DNA of 64,000 nt. It comes from Utricularia gibba. Lineage: Eukaryota > Plantae > Magnoliophyta. The notes beneath the pieces were generated by a model. That model saw only the letters and a program-made list of their open reading frames with translations. It searched no databases and was not told where the DNA came from. The position numbers were made by a program, and so were the translations under genes. Position 1 is the first letter of the stretch, and every line of letters begins with the position of its first letter. Shown in pieces: positions 63,300 through 64,000 of the stretch. The stretch spans positions 2,232,001 to 2,296,000 of the forward strand of contig CM007989.1 in the NCBI GenBank assembly GCA_002189035.1, in the 5' to 3' direction.

Positions 63300-64000
63300 G
63301 GTTGAGTGAAGTGACCATATATTAAAATATGAATTGTACTTAATATTTTTTAATGTGATTTATGTTTATTATGTAATTGAATTTCAATAAGGTACGCCTG
63401 AATACTGTCTTCATCTACGTGCCTTGATGCAAACTCCCAATGACTTTATGTAGTGTCCGTACTTCGGATAGCTCCCAGATAGTGTCCGTAGTGCCTGGGT
63501 GTGTAGGAGGTAAGTAAGCCCATAATCTACAAATGGGCTGCTCAATAACGGAAGTGAGGCGTGAGATGCGTCTAATGGTTACCTCCCACTACGTCCACAA
63601 TTTATGGGAGTGGAGCATATGGAGCAGAGGTGGGGTCTGATCCAAGGAGTGGAGGGAGAGGGGAGTTATGTCTGGACAAGGGGGCACGGTGGATGATCCT
63701 AGCAGCTACTGAAGGAGTGATCACAAGAAGTGTGTGTTTCCTACGCTGGTGTGCGTTGTAGTAACTCTGTGTAAGTGGATCAGGGTGCTTCTTCTTGTTT
63801 ATAGTGAACTCTTGCATCTGGTGTGATTAACCAGAGGACATGAGGTTTTACCAACCAAGGAGCTGGCTTTTTACCTGAAACAGATTGTGTTCATTACACA
63901 TATTCAGCTGATTTTACAGGGTGACAGAATTGATTTCCTACAGGTGGTATCAGAGCCATGGATGAGGTCCATGGTGTGCCAAAATTGAACACCACGAACT
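63300..64000 (+). mobile_element. 5' end of a Ty1/Copia LTR retrotransposon (LTR, PBS, gag start); left LTR boundary approximate
   Basis: LTR-terminal CA at 63941-63942 and tRNA-iMet PBS TGGTATCAGAGCC at 63945-63957. ATG 63958 follows directly, encoding MDEVHGVPKLNTTN, like the Copia gag N-terminal KLNGxNY motif. Confidence 0.8.

Noticed and set aside
62624-63309. ORFs of 115 and 170 aa near the right end
   Set aside because: They straddle the insertion boundary and duplicated non-coding flank, and carry no recognisable domain.

Overview
Gene-dense nuclear DNA from a flowering plant (eudicot). It has GT-AG introns of mostly 70-120 nt and AT-rich spacers. I see no prokaryotic features, CRISPR array, rRNA or tRNA. 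About 22 protein-coding loci can be supported, in order: PLP3/TXNDC9 (partial), DUF620 protein, RPS29 head-to-head with an RlmN-like radical-SAM methyltransferase, cyclin D, an acidic single-pass membrane protein, PDAT1, histone H3.1, plastid MSRB, a 66-aa CYSTM microprotein absent from the ORF track, a GTE bromodomain protein, two mitochondrial HSP70 paralogs flanking a CorA/ZntB-like transporter, DRP3, a TVP15/COPI-associated protein, NPH3, a 2-OG dioxygenase, a classical AGP and two tandem SABATH methyltransferases. The window ends in the 5' end of a Copia LTR retrotransposon. Main points: (i) ten single-base frameshifts at G/C runs in eight otherwise conserved genes, most likely long-read consensus errors; one hides the NPH3 C-terminal 14-3-3 motif. 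(ii) The SABATH duplication has an apparently identical 1.8-kb 5' block and a diverged 3' half, and lies next to a 2-OG dioxygenase (possible small metabolic cluster). (iii) A 996-bp insertion has a 9-bp TSD, and its empty site is present in the paralogous copy. (iv) The two HSP70 copies show mosaic identity. All family assignments come from motif recognition by eye; no database searches were run. I did not find a clearly novel biological system; the findings are testable leads.
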